Of a DNA stretch of 64,000 nt, positions 8,309 through 17,328 are shown one piece after another. A program made the translations under genes and the position numbers. The notes under the pieces were generated by a model. It made no database searches and was not told the origin of the DNA. It saw only the letters and a program-made list of their open reading frames with translations. Numbering within the stretch: position 1 is the stretch's first letter; each line of letters begins with the position of its first letter. The DNA is from Mangrovibacterium sp. (GTDB taxonomy: Bacteria; Bacteroidota; Bacteroidia; Bacteroidales; Prolixibacteraceae): the NCBI GenBank assembly GCA_047975205.1, contig JBKEDC010000012.1, positions 117,907-181,906 on the forward strand, read 5' to 3'.

Positions 8309-9070
8309 CTAGTTGTTTCTGGTAATGATAGAAAGTACAATATAACTGATGATGATTAAAGGTAATCCTACAATACCTAATAATAACATTAGGATTAGGC
8401 ATAGGACAAGAAAAATATATCTGATTTGATTGTCTTTCCAAGAAAAGTTTTTGATTTTTAAGGAGAACATAGGCACCTCTGAAACCATCATTGAAGAGAA
8501 AATAATAATTGATATCAAGAGGTTGAATTTATTTAATACGATATCAATTGCAATTGCGCTGTTACTCCATGCAACAATTCCGGCAAGAGAGGCAAAAAAT
8601 AATGCATTGGCGGGGATAGGCAAACCTAGGAAGCCGGTTTCTTGTCGAGTATCAATATTAAATTTGGCTAAACGAAATGCTCCTGCAATAGGAATAAATA
8701 GGCAAGAAGCTAAAAGCAACCATTCATACCATGTTGCTTGTATTTCAGAAAAGGTGTATAAATCACCAAAAAGAGAGAGTTGTAATAAGCTAAATGCGAT
8801 AGTTGCGGGAGCTAAGCCGAACGAAACTAAATCGCAGAGTGAATCTAACTGCTTTCCCAGTTCTGAATAAGAGTGAAGCAAACGAGCTGACATCCCATCC
8901 AGAAAATCAAACACGGCAGCTAACCCTATGCAAATTGCTGCATAACCAATATATCCTTGAATGCCTAGGAAAACAGCAAAACTTCCAAACGTGAGATTTA
9001 AGGAAGTTATAAAGTTAGGAATCCACCATAAATACGGATGCTTATTATCGTTCATTTTCAAATTCTCCAA
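8309..9070 (-). CDS. pssA: CDP-diacylglycerol--serine O-phosphatidyltransferase
   Basis: The CDP-alcohol phosphatidyltransferase motif is DFLDGMSARL...GKQLDSLCDLVSFG. The protein is polytopic and sits immediately downstream of psd. An alternative start (MNDNK) at 9055 is possible. Confidence 0.85.
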   Translation of the reverse strand: MENLKMNDNKHPYLWWIPNFITSLNLTFGSFAVFLGIQGYIGYAAICIGLAAVFDFLDGMSARLLHSYSELGKQLDSLCDLVSFGLAPATIAFSLLQLSLFGDLYTFSEIQATWYEWLLLASCLFIPIAGAFRLAKFNIDTRQETGFLGLPIPANALFFASLAGIVAWSNSAIAIDIVLNKFNLLISIIIFSSMMVSEVPMFSLKIKNFSWKDNQIRYIFLVLCLILMLLLGIVGLPLIIISYIVLSIITRNN

Positions 9071-9707
9071 TTATAGTTTGAGAGCCGACAACTTTGTCGC
9101 CCAATTTAACATTCAATTTTGTGTTTAGCGGTAAATATAAATCAACCCGAGAGCCGAACCGGATAAAACCTAGTTCATCATCCTGCTTTACAGCATTGCC
9201 TTCTTGTTTAAAGTTTAATATTCTGCGAGCCATGGCACCGGCAACTTGATTCGCCACTATTTCAATGCCATTCTCCATTTTGATAGCAGTTATATATCTC
9301 TCATTTTCTTCGGCTGATTTATCTTTAAAGGCTGCCAAAAATTTACCTTCAATATGTTTAGAAAAAGTAATTACACCGGAAACGGGAATCCAATTAATGT
9401 GCACGTTAAAAGGCGACATAAAGATAGAAACTTTTAAGCATTGTTGTTTCAAGTGCATAGGTTCGAAAGCCTCTTCAATTACGCAGACTCTACCATCAGC
9501 CGGACAGATAACTGCTTGTTCGTTTAAAGTTACTTCACGTTGGGGATAACGAAAAAACTGAAGAGTTAGTATGAGTATGATAAATCCGATTAAACTAACC
9601 GATACACTGCCATACACACACGTTATAAAATGAGCTACTGCAACAAGAGTAACAAAGAGAATTACAGCAAATAAAATAGTTCCTCGTCCTGCGGGGTGGA
9701 ATTTCAT
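9045..9707 (-). CDS. psd: Phosphatidylserine decarboxylase proenzyme (short form)
   Basis: 220 aa, with N-terminal TM helices and the FGSRVD self-cleavage G-S site near the C-terminus. It sits between cdsA and pssA. Confidence 0.85.
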   Translation of the reverse strand: MKFHPAGRGTILFAVILFVTLVAVAHFITCVYGSVSVSLIGFIILILTLQFFRYPQREVTLNEQAVICPADGRVCVIEEAFEPMHLKQQCLKVSIFMSPFNVHINWIPVSGVITFSKHIEGKFLAAFKDKSAEENERYITAIKMENGIEIVANQVAGAMARRILNFKQEGNAVKQDDELGFIRFGSRVDLYLPLNTKLNVKLGDKVVGSQTIIGEFENER

Positions 9708-9753
9708 GATAAAAAGTTGAATGTAATAATTTGGGCGAAATTAGTAAAAATAC

Positions 9754-10590
9754 CTACAAATTCAATAGTTCAAGAAGACATACATATACCGGAATGGCAA
9801 ATAAGATAGAGTCAAAACGATCTAGCAATCCTCCATGTCCGGGAAATATTGTTCCGCTATCTTTGATTCCAAACTGCCGTTTAATAAGGGATTCTGTCAA
9901 ATCTCCTAAGGTGGCTGACATTACAATGCAAACTCCAATAATAATCCAATGTAACAAGCTAATTTCAGAATAAAATGAAATAACTGCAGCTACAATGGTG
10001 GCAGATATCATACCTCCGATAGCACCCTCCCATGATTTTTTCGGAGAAATACGCTCAAATAAGCGACGTTTTCCAAATTTCACACCAAAAAGATAGGCGC
10101 AAGAATCGTACACCCAAATAATAATCATCATGATGATAAATAATTTGGGTGTATATTGGTTAGTTAAGACAGATAGTGGCTTTAGCGGATTTGAAAATAC
10201 AATATAATTAGTCAAACTGATTGGTATCGTGATATACACAATAGCAATTAAACCAAAAGCAATGTTTTGCAATGGGTATTGTTTATTGGCAAATAACTCA
10301 TGAACAAATGTGATGAGTAGAATAGGGAAAATCAAGAAGAAACAGATGGGACTTACAACACCCGAAGCTACTAAAAAACTTACCGTAAATATGCAGGCAG
10401 ATACCATGGAAATAATCCATCGATGGGGGGTAAAACCCGTTGATTCTGTAATCGTAAAAAACTCTTGCAACATACCCAACATAATAACTAGGAAAAGAAT
10501 AGCAAAAGTATATTGATTGACAAGCAGACAAATCAGCATAACAGCCACGATGACTACCGCTGTAAGTGAACGTTGAACTAAATTATTCAT
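9754..10590 (-). CDS. cdsA: Phosphatidate cytidylyltransferase
   Basis: The signature SLIKRQFGIKDSGTIFPGHGGLLDRFDS is present. The protein is a polytopic membrane protein of 278 aa. Confidence 0.9.
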   Translation of the reverse strand: MNNLVQRSLTAVVIVAVMLICLLVNQYTFAILFLVIMLGMLQEFFTITESTGFTPHRWIISMVSACIFTVSFLVASGVVSPICFFLIFPILLITFVHELFANKQYPLQNIAFGLIAIVYITIPISLTNYIVFSNPLKPLSVLTNQYTPKLFIIMMIIIWVYDSCAYLFGVKFGKRRLFERISPKKSWEGAIGGMISATIVAAVISFYSEISLLHWIIIGVCIVMSATLGDLTESLIKRQFGIKDSGTIFPGHGGLLDRFDSILFAIPVYVCLLELLNL

Positions 10591-10789
10591 TATTTTGTTT
10601 TAGTAAATCCTTGGCTTCTTCAAGTTGAGAACGATGCACATATAATTCGAAACATCCGAACAACAGGTGAGGTGAATCTTGCTTTTTTAGAATAACGCAA
10701 GGAATGTTATTTTCAATTAACATTCCCCTAACTAGTTCAGCTTCAAAATTATTAGGAGTTGAATAGATGGCTTCAAAATCTTTTTCCAT
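10583..10789 (-). CDS. DUF2007-like small protein (putative signal-transducing protein)
   Basis: 68 aa. It overlaps the cdsA start by 8 nt. The sequence pattern (ELVRGMLIENNIPCVI...) resembles DUF2007. Confidence 0.55.
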   Translation of the reverse strand: MEKDFEAIYSTPNNFEAELVRGMLIENNIPCVILKKQDSPHLLFGCFELYVHRSQLEEAKDLLKQNNE

Positions 10790-10813
10790 GCGATACTACT
10801 ATTTAGCGTTTAT

Positions 10814-10862
10814 GATAACATGAACTAACAGTCTCTCTAATATGTAGTTAGTTCATGTTATC
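10814..10862. repeat. Perfect 17-bp inverted repeat (hairpin) between ftsH and the DUF2007 gene
   Basis: gataacatgaactaaca (10814-10830) is the exact reverse complement of tgttagttcatgttatc (10846-10862). The loop is 15 nt. No U-tract follows on the transcribed (minus) strand. Confidence 0.6.
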
Positions 10863-10890
10863 TTCATTCGTAGATTTTACGAGTTATTTG

Positions 10891-12975
10891 TTAAGATTCT
10901 ATTGCCGGTGGAGGAGTTTCTTCAATAGCCGGAGTATCTACACGGTTTATCTCTTCAGCTCCTTTATCAGCTAGCTGCCAAGGTCGTTTGCCGAATATTT
11001 CTTCCAAGTCATCGCCAAAAATAACTTCTTTTTCAAGCAATTTTTCTGCCAACTTACGATGGCTGTCCTTGTTGTCTTTTAATACCTGTAATGCTCGACT
11101 GTATTGTTCATCAATCATAGCTTTAGCCTCTTCGTCAATCAAGATAGCTGTTTTTTCGCTATACGGTTTAGTGAAAGAGTAATCAGATTGACCTGTTGAA
11201 TCATAATAACTAAAATTACCTACTTTATTACTCATACCATAAATACTAATCATGGCATAAGCTGTTTTGGTAACTTTTTCTAAGTCGTTTTGTGCTCCTG
11301 ATGAAATATTACCAAAGACTAATTCTTCAGCAGCTCTACCTCCTAAAGTTGAGCACATTTCGTCTAACAATTGTTCTTTAGTTGTAATGGAGCGTTCTTC
11401 AGGTAAATACCAAGCTGCTCCTAATGCCTTACCACGCGGAACAATAGTAACCTTCACCAACGGATGAGCAAATTCAAGTAGCCAGCTGATAGCAGCATGA
11501 CCCGCTTCATGGAAAGCGATACGCTTTTTCTCGTCAACAGAAATAATTTTATTTTTCTTTTCCAGACCGCCGACAATGCGATCAACAGCATCAAGAAAAT
11601 CTTGTTTTTCAACCGTTTCATGGTCTTTTCTAGCCGCAATAAGAGCTGCTTCATTACATACATTGGCAATATCGGCACCGGAAAATCCGGGAGTTTGTTT
11701 AGCTAGAAAAGGCACTTTAACCCCGGAGTTCAATTTCAGGTTGCGTAAATGTACTTGGAATATCTCTCCTCGTTCATTAAGATCGGGCAACTCCACTTGA
11801 ATTTGACGATCGAAGCGACCGGCACGCATTAAAGCATTATCTAATATCTCAGCACGGTTGGTAGCTGCTAAGATGATAATTCCCGAATTGGTGTCGAAAC
11901 CATCCATTTCTGTAAGTAATTGATTCAAAGTATTCTCTCGCTCATCATTAGAGCCCATGCTTGGTCGATTACCTCGAGCTCTACCAATAGCATCAATTTC
12001 ATCAATGAAAATAATACAAGGTGATTTTTCTTTGGCTTGCTTAAATAGATCGCGCACGCGAGAGGCCCCAACCCCTACAAACATTTCTACAAAATCAGAA
12101 CCTGACATGGAAAAGAAAGGAACATGAGCTTCGCCGGCAACAGCTTTTGCCAACAAAGTTTTACCCGTTCCAGGAGGACCTACAAGCAAAGCTCCTTTCG
12201 GGATTTTACCGCCTAGCTTGGTGTATTTGTCAGGATTCTTAAGAAATGAAACAATCTCTTCGATCTCTTGTTTTGCTTCTGATAAACCGGCAACTTCATT
12301 GAAAGTGACATTCACCTTAGAACCTTTATCAAATACTTTAGCCTGTGATTTTCCTACGCTGAATATTCCTCCTGCACCACCACCTCCTGCACCTTTATTC
12401 ATACGTCGGAACATATACATCCAGAAGGCAATAATAAGCACAAATGGCAGCAACCAACCAATGATGTTGCTAAAATAGTCAACTTCGATTTTGCTGTCCA
12501 CATATATGCGGTTATCTTTGGGCACATTGGCTTCTTGCTGAATTTCCTTCACATTATTCTCAAAGTTTTCTAAAGAGCCTACTTCTAAGATAAATTGTGG
12601 GCCTGCTGCTGAAGGGCTTGAAAATGCATTTTTCAGTTTATCGTCGTATTTACTGACGCTTTCCTTTTTGAGGTAAATTTTTGCATTGCGATTATTCACC
12701 ATCACAATGTGCTCTACATCACCGGCTTCAAGCATATGATAAAAATCTCTACTATTGGTAGTAACAGGACCTCCGCCAAAGTCCATCATGCCAAGGCTCA
12801 AAATGAGTACTAACATGATACCATAAATCCAATACGGATTGAATTTAGGAACCTTACCTCCATTCATAGGGTTGAAATTTGGTCGATTATTTTCCTTGCG
12901 TTTTTGCTTGTTTGCATCGTTTGGGGGAAAATTCCCTTTATTATCGGTATTATTCATCAATATGTTTTTATTCAA
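10891..12975 (-). CDS. ftsH: ATP-dependent zinc metalloprotease FtsH
   Basis: Walker A is GPPGTGKT, Walker B is IIFIDEIDA, and the SRH is RAGRFDRQ. The zinc site is HEAGHA. N-terminal TM segments are present. Confidence 0.97.
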   Translation of the reverse strand: MNKNILMNNTDNKGNFPPNDANKQKRKENNRPNFNPMNGGKVPKFNPYWIYGIMLVLILSLGMMDFGGGPVTTNSRDFYHMLEAGDVEHIVMVNNRNAKIYLKKESVSKYDDKLKNAFSSPSAAGPQFILEVGSLENFENNVKEIQQEANVPKDNRIYVDSKIEVDYFSNIIGWLLPFVLIIAFWMYMFRRMNKGAGGGGAGGIFSVGKSQAKVFDKGSKVNVTFNEVAGLSEAKQEIEEIVSFLKNPDKYTKLGGKIPKGALLVGPPGTGKTLLAKAVAGEAHVPFFSMSGSDFVEMFVGVGASRVRDLFKQAKEKSPCIIFIDEIDAIGRARGNRPSMGSNDERENTLNQLLTEMDGFDTNSGIIILAATNRAEILDNALMRAGRFDRQIQVELPDLNERGEIFQVHLRNLKLNSGVKVPFLAKQTPGFSGADIANVCNEAALIAARKDHETVEKQDFLDAVDRIVGGLEKKNKIISVDEKKRIAFHEAGHAAISWLLEFAHPLVKVTIVPRGKALGAAWYLPEERSITTKEQLLDEMCSTLGGRAAEELVFGNISSGAQNDLEKVTKTAYAMISIYGMSNKVGNFSYYDSTGQSDYSFTKPYSEKTAILIDEEAKAMIDEQYSRALQVLKDNKDSHRKLAEKLLEKEVIFGDDLEEIFGKRPWQLADKGAEEINRVDTPAIEETPPPAIES

Positions 12976-13348
12976 TGTCCGTTTTAATATTCTTTATTTT
13001 GGCATCAGCCCAAAGGTGCTCTATATCGTAAAATTTACGTGTGTCATGCTGAAACACATGCACCATGATATGTGAAAAATCTAACAAAATCCAAAGCTTA
13101 TTGTTGTAACCATCTTTTCTAAAAACGCGTTCTCCTGTAAGTTCCAATACGGTATCTTCTATAGAATTGGCAATAGCATCTACTTGAGTGCTAGAGTTTC
13201 CGTGACAAATAAGAAAATAATCGCATTCAGAATGATTAATAGGTCTTAGATCTATTTCTACAATATCCAATCCTTTTTTTCGCTCAATTCCTTCCACTAT
13301 GGCTTTTAATAGAGCTGCTGTGCTATGATTATCGTTTGTTGTGTGCAT
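12968..13348 (-). CDS. rsfS: Ribosome silencing factor RsfS
   Basis: 126 aa with an RsfS/iojap-like pattern (DYFLICHGNSSTQVDAI, WILLDFSHIMVHVF). It overlaps the ftsH start by 8 nt, a conserved pairing. Confidence 0.85.
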   Translation of the reverse strand: MHTTNDNHSTAALLKAIVEGIERKKGLDIVEIDLRPINHSECDYFLICHGNSSTQVDAIANSIEDTVLELTGERVFRKDGYNNKLWILLDFSHIMVHVFQHDTRKFYDIEHLWADAKIKNIKTDIE

Positions 13349-13365
13349 TAAAATAGTTTAATACA

Positions 13366-13373
13366 CAAAGATA
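13366..13373 (-). promoter_or_regulatory. Bacteroidota-type -7 element for the rsfS-ftsH operon
   Basis: The minus strand reads TATCTTTG. There are 17 nt between the box and the rsfS ATG at 13348. Confidence 0.35.
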
Positions 13374-13983
13374 AATTTTTTATATTATAAAGCCCGATAA
13401 AATTATTTTCTGTGTGATAAATCATGTATAACTTACATTACGATTTATGTCTGAAATACTATTTTCAGCATCGGAAATTCACAATGCAGAAAATGACAAG
13501 ATGAAAATATTCTAATGTAGTTTGTTGATTTCTAGTGGGGTAAAATATTTGTTGGTTGATGTAATGATGAAGCTGGTTATTTTAACGATATCGTATGATT
13601 GTACTATTTGCAAATAGCATAAAAAATCACTTTTTCTATCTTTACTCGCTCATAATAAAGCGAAAAACAACTAATTTATATTATACATAGCGAGAAATGA
13701 CCGGAAAAATGTACGGACCATTCATTCTGAATGAGAATTGCTCCTAAAAATGATTTTTATGCTTGTTTGTTTAGAGAAATGCTATAAAATAAGGAATAGC
13801 TATTTTTTTGTTTAATTTTTGATCATATCTTTTCATGATGAATGATATGCTTTGAAGTATTTCAATCGTTTATTAATATTTGTCTTGCCGATTCTCTTCT
13901 TTGGCTAAAAAATGTAACTTCGCACGAAACTGAAAAATAAACAGGTTTGTAATTCCGCAAATCGATAGAAAGCAGAATGCTTC

Positions 13984-14721
13984 ATGGTAAATATCATAAA
14001 ACAAAAAGAATTAACGAGCACGAATGTTTATGCTGCTGAACAGCTGAAGAAGAACGATCCGGATGAGTTCACGGTTTATCTTGCAGAGAACCAGCCAGAA
14101 GGTAAAGGTCAACCGGGTAATTGTTGGGAAAGCGAATCAGGAAAAAATCTTACATTTAGCCTTATACTTCGCCCAATCTTTTTACCAATTCCACAACAGT
14201 ATCTCATATCTAAGGTTGTTTGTCTGGGGATTGTAAAGACATTATCAACCCGAATAGATGGGGTGAAAATAAAATGGCCGAACGATATTTATGTAGATAA
14301 TAAAAAAATTTGCGGCATCTTAATCGAGAATCAGCTTCGGGGAATGAGACTTAGCAGCTCGATTGTAGGGGTTGGACTTAATGTAAATCAAGAGCACTTT
14401 GTATCTGATGCTCCGAATCCTATTTCTATGAAACAAATTGTGCATGCGGATTTCAACTTAGACGACGTGTTGGGGGAGATATTAATCAATATTATTGCGT
14501 ATTATGATTTATTGCAGCGAAAAGAGAATATTGACAGTGTAAACGCTGAATTTTTGGCTAATATGTATAGGTTGGGAGAGTGGCACTTATTCAGAGCAGC
14601 GAACGTAACTTTTGAAGGCAGGATAGACGGTGTGAATAAATTTGGTCAGCTAAAACTAACTCATAGGGAAACGAATTTTCAACAGGAATATAATTTCAAA
14701 GAAGTGCAATACGTTTTATAA
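13984..14721 (+). CDS. birA: Biotin--[acetyl-CoA-carboxylase] ligase (group I, no HTH)
   Basis: The biotinyl-AMP loop is GKGQPGNCWESESGKNL (GRGRxGRxW type). KWPNDIY and CGILIE are present. At 245 aa there is no N-terminal DNA-binding domain. Confidence 0.88.
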   Translation: MVNIIKQKELTSTNVYAAEQLKKNDPDEFTVYLAENQPEGKGQPGNCWESESGKNLTFSLILRPIFLPIPQQYLISKVVCLGIVKTLSTRIDGVKIKWPNDIYVDNKKICGILIENQLRGMRLSSSIVGVGLNVNQEHFVSDAPNPISMKQIVHADFNLDDVLGEILINIIAYYDLLQRKENIDSVNAEFLANMYRLGEWHLFRAANVTFEGRIDGVNKFGQLKLTHRETNFQQEYNFKEVQYVL

Positions 14722-14760
14722 GAAATATGAATATTATTGTATAATCAATACAGGCTATTT

Positions 14761-15543
14761 ATGGATAAAATACAAAAAATAGTTTTGATAGGAGCCGGAA
14801 ATTTAGCTACGCAGCTAGGTTTGGCCTTGCATGAGCATGGAGTAATCATCATGCAGGTTTACAGTAGAACTATGAGTTCTGCAAACTTGCTTGCCGAGAA
14901 AGTTCAGGCAGAAGCAATTGTCGATTTAAAAGAAATAACGCCACAAGCGGATTTGTATATTTTTTCGGTTAAAGATGATGCGTTGCTGCAAGTGCTCCAG
15001 CAATGCTCGCTTTTCGATAAGGTGCTTGTGCATACGGCAGGTTCAATTGACATGAATATATTGCAAGATTTTTCATCAAATTACGGGGTTTTTTATCCGC
15101 TTCAAACTTTTTCCAAATCACGTAAAGTAGATTTTAAGGCTATTCCATTTTGCATTGAGGCGTCTAGCGATAAATGCAGACAACAATTAAAACAACTTGC
15201 TCGATTATTATCATCAGATGTTCGCGATGTTGATTCCATGCAAAGACAGAGTATTCATTTAGCAGCTGTCTTCGTATGTAATTTTGTCAACTATATGTAC
15301 AACGTGGGATTCGATTTAATGCAACAGCATGATTTAAACTTTGATCTTCTTAAACCGCTAATTATGGAAACAGCACAAAAAGTAATGCACACGAATCCTT
15401 GGGAAGCACAAACCGGTCCGGCTGTTCGTTATGATGAACAAGTTATGAATAAGCACCTTGATTTTTTAGATAAGCAGAAACAGTTAAAAGAATTATATAG
15501 CTTTGTGTCGAAACAAATATTTAATAAGCACCAAAATAAATAA
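14761..15543 (+). CDS. Rossmann-like / DUF2520 domain protein
   Basis: The N-terminus KIVLIGAGNLATQLGLALHEHG is a dinucleotide-binding fold. Length and pattern match DUF2520 proteins. I prefer the ATG at 14761 over the track's TTG at 14737. Confidence 0.7.
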   Translation: MDKIQKIVLIGAGNLATQLGLALHEHGVIIMQVYSRTMSSANLLAEKVQAEAIVDLKEITPQADLYIFSVKDDALLQVLQQCSLFDKVLVHTAGSIDMNILQDFSSNYGVFYPLQTFSKSRKVDFKAIPFCIEASSDKCRQQLKQLARLLSSDVRDVDSMQRQSIHLAAVFVCNFVNYMYNVGFDLMQQHDLNFDLLKPLIMETAQKVMHTNPWEAQTGPAVRYDEQVMNKHLDFLDKQKQLKELYSFVSKQIFNKHQNK

Positions 15544-15547
15544 TCAT

Positions 15548-16078
15548 ATGACATTCGTAAAAGATAAATTACTTAACATAAAAGCCATGATATTTGATTT
15601 CGATGGCGTATTATCAGAAGACACAAGTCCTTTGGGAGCTGATGGTGTTCCGATGCGAACAACTAATGTTAAAGATGGATTTGCCATTAAAAATGCGGCA
15701 GGAACGGGCATGCATATTGCTGTAATTACCGGTGGCAATACGGAAGCTGTGCGTTTGCGTTGTAAAAAGATTGGAGTACAGCACATTTATATGGAAGCAT
15801 CGAATAAAGTTGAAGTGCTTCAAAAATACGTAGCGGAAGTGGGTGTCCCTCTTGAACAAATACTTTACATGGGCGATGATTTAATCGATTTAAAAGTAAT
15901 GGAAATGGTAGGTTTTCCTTGCTGCCCGAAAGATGCTGTTGATGAGGTAAAAGCTGTTGCATCCTATATATCTCCGAAAGATGGAGGACGCGGTTGTGTG
16001 CGTGATATAATAGAGCAGGTGTTAAGAGCCCAAGGTATTTGGCTGAATGAAAATACATTTACATGGAGGTCAACATAA
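15548..16078 (+). CDS. kdsC: 3-deoxy-D-manno-octulosonate 8-phosphate phosphatase (HAD family)
   Basis: The HAD motif I is FDFDGVL and GDDLIDL is also present. At about 176 aa, size and pattern fit KdsC. The ATG at 15548 follows the upstream stop at 15541-15543. Confidence 0.8.
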   Translation: MTFVKDKLLNIKAMIFDFDGVLSEDTSPLGADGVPMRTTNVKDGFAIKNAAGTGMHIAVITGGNTEAVRLRCKKIGVQHIYMEASNKVEVLQKYVAEVGVPLEQILYMGDDLIDLKVMEMVGFPCCPKDAVDEVKAVASYISPKDGGRGCVRDIIEQVLRAQGIWLNENTFTWRST

Positions 16079-16656
16079 TGTTAGAAAATTTATCAAAATA
16101 TAGCGTGGTGCTGGCTTCAGCATCACCGCGTAGACGAGAGTTGCTGTCGGAGCTTGGATTGAACTTTATGATTCGTCCGGCAAATGTAATTGAAGAGTAT
16201 CCTAATGCCTTGGGCATGACAGCTATTCCTGTGTTTTTATCTGATTTGAAAGCAAAAGCCTTATCCTCAGATATGGCTGCTGATGAGCTTATCATTACGG
16301 CAGATACTATTGTTTGGAAAAGGGGTGAAGTGTTGGGTAAACCTGCAAACAGAGAAGAGGCTTTTCAGATGCTTAAATCTCTTTCTGGAAGTCAACATCA
16401 GGTTATAACCGGCGTGACAGTACTTTCAAAAGAGAAAAAGCGTTCTTTTCATGCAGTTACCGAAGTGTGGTTTGATGAGTTGACGGACGAAGAAATAAAT
16501 TTTTATATCGACAAATATCAGCCAATGGATAAGGCCGGTGCATATGGTATTCAGGAATGGATCGGCTTCATCGGTATATATAAAATTGAAGGTTCATTTT
16601 ATAATGTTATGGGTTTACCGGTGCATAAATTGTATCAAACATTGAAAGAATTTTAA
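16078..16656 (+). CDS. maf: Maf-like nucleoside triphosphate pyrophosphatase
   Basis: LASASPRRRELL and DKAGAYGIQ motifs are present. The ATG at 16078 overlaps the kdsC stop (TAATG). An in-frame ATG at 16063 is an alternative. Confidence 0.88.
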   Translation: MLENLSKYSVVLASASPRRRELLSELGLNFMIRPANVIEEYPNALGMTAIPVFLSDLKAKALSSDMAADELIITADTIVWKRGEVLGKPANREEAFQMLKSLSGSQHQVITGVTVLSKEKKRSFHAVTEVWFDELTDEEINFYIDKYQPMDKAGAYGIQEWIGFIGIYKIEGSFYNVMGLPVHKLYQTLKEF

Positions 16657-16668
16657 TTCGATATCCTA

Positions 16669-17328
16669 ATGAAAAGGAATGCTATTAAATCCCTATTAAT
16701 GATTGTATTATTAGCATCATGTGGGAAGAACATTGAAATAAAATCGGAAACAAAGTTTCTTCATGAAGAGAATAAACAATATACTTTCGATGCGGAATAT
16801 CCAGTTTATAATATTGCTCAACTCGACGATAAAATTAAGAATTGTGTCGGTAAGTATTTGAAGCAATGTAAAACGGAAGCTGCAGATCAGTTCGATGAGG
16901 AATGGTTTCGACCTTTTGAAATGGCTGTAAATAAAAAAGAAATTGTAACGCAGAATCGGTATATATCAGTCAATATTCAATGCTATTATTTTACGGGAGG
17001 TGCTCATGGAATGACATTTAATAATACTTTTAGCTACGATACCAATACTAAAGATTTTATTTCCACACGAAGTATAGCAGGTGATAATTATACCGATCTA
17101 GTGAGATTGGTAAAGAAAAAACTAAAGACTAAGATAGGAGCCGGAAATTTTGTTGATGATGGGATTGCCGGTATAGAGAGTCTATCTAAATTTTTAATAA
17201 CCGATCAAGGTGTTGAATTTATATTCGATCCTTACGAAGTAGCAGCCTATACCTATGGCGTGGTGGTTATGCCAATTACTTATAAAGAATATCCGTTTAA
17301 TATAGAATTCAAAAACAAACATGAATAA
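16669..17328 (+). CDS. DUF3298/DUF4163-like lipoprotein
   Basis: The signal peptide has a lipobox (LLASCGK). The TGGAHGM motif is characteristic of DUF3298. Confidence 0.65.
   Translation: MKRNAIKSLLMIVLLASCGKNIEIKSETKFLHEENKQYTFDAEYPVYNIAQLDDKIKNCVGKYLKQCKTEAADQFDEEWFRPFEMAVNKKEIVTQNRYISVNIQCYYFTGGAHGMTFNNTFSYDTNTKDFISTRSIAGDNYTDLVRLVKKKLKTKIGAGNFVDDGIAGIESLSKFLITDQGVEFIFDPYEVAAYTYGVVVMPITYKEYPFNIEFKNKHE

Noticed and set aside
8430-8870. 146-aa plus-strand ORF, and a 63-aa ORF at 8803-8994
   Set aside because: Both lie entirely antisense to the well-supported pssA CDS. They have no recognisable motifs, and their composition is typical of a shadow frame.
12218-12478. 86-aa plus-strand ORF with a PPAPPPPAP stretch
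   Set aside because: It is the antisense reading of the Gly-rich linker (GAGGGGAGG) of FtsH, so it is an artefact.
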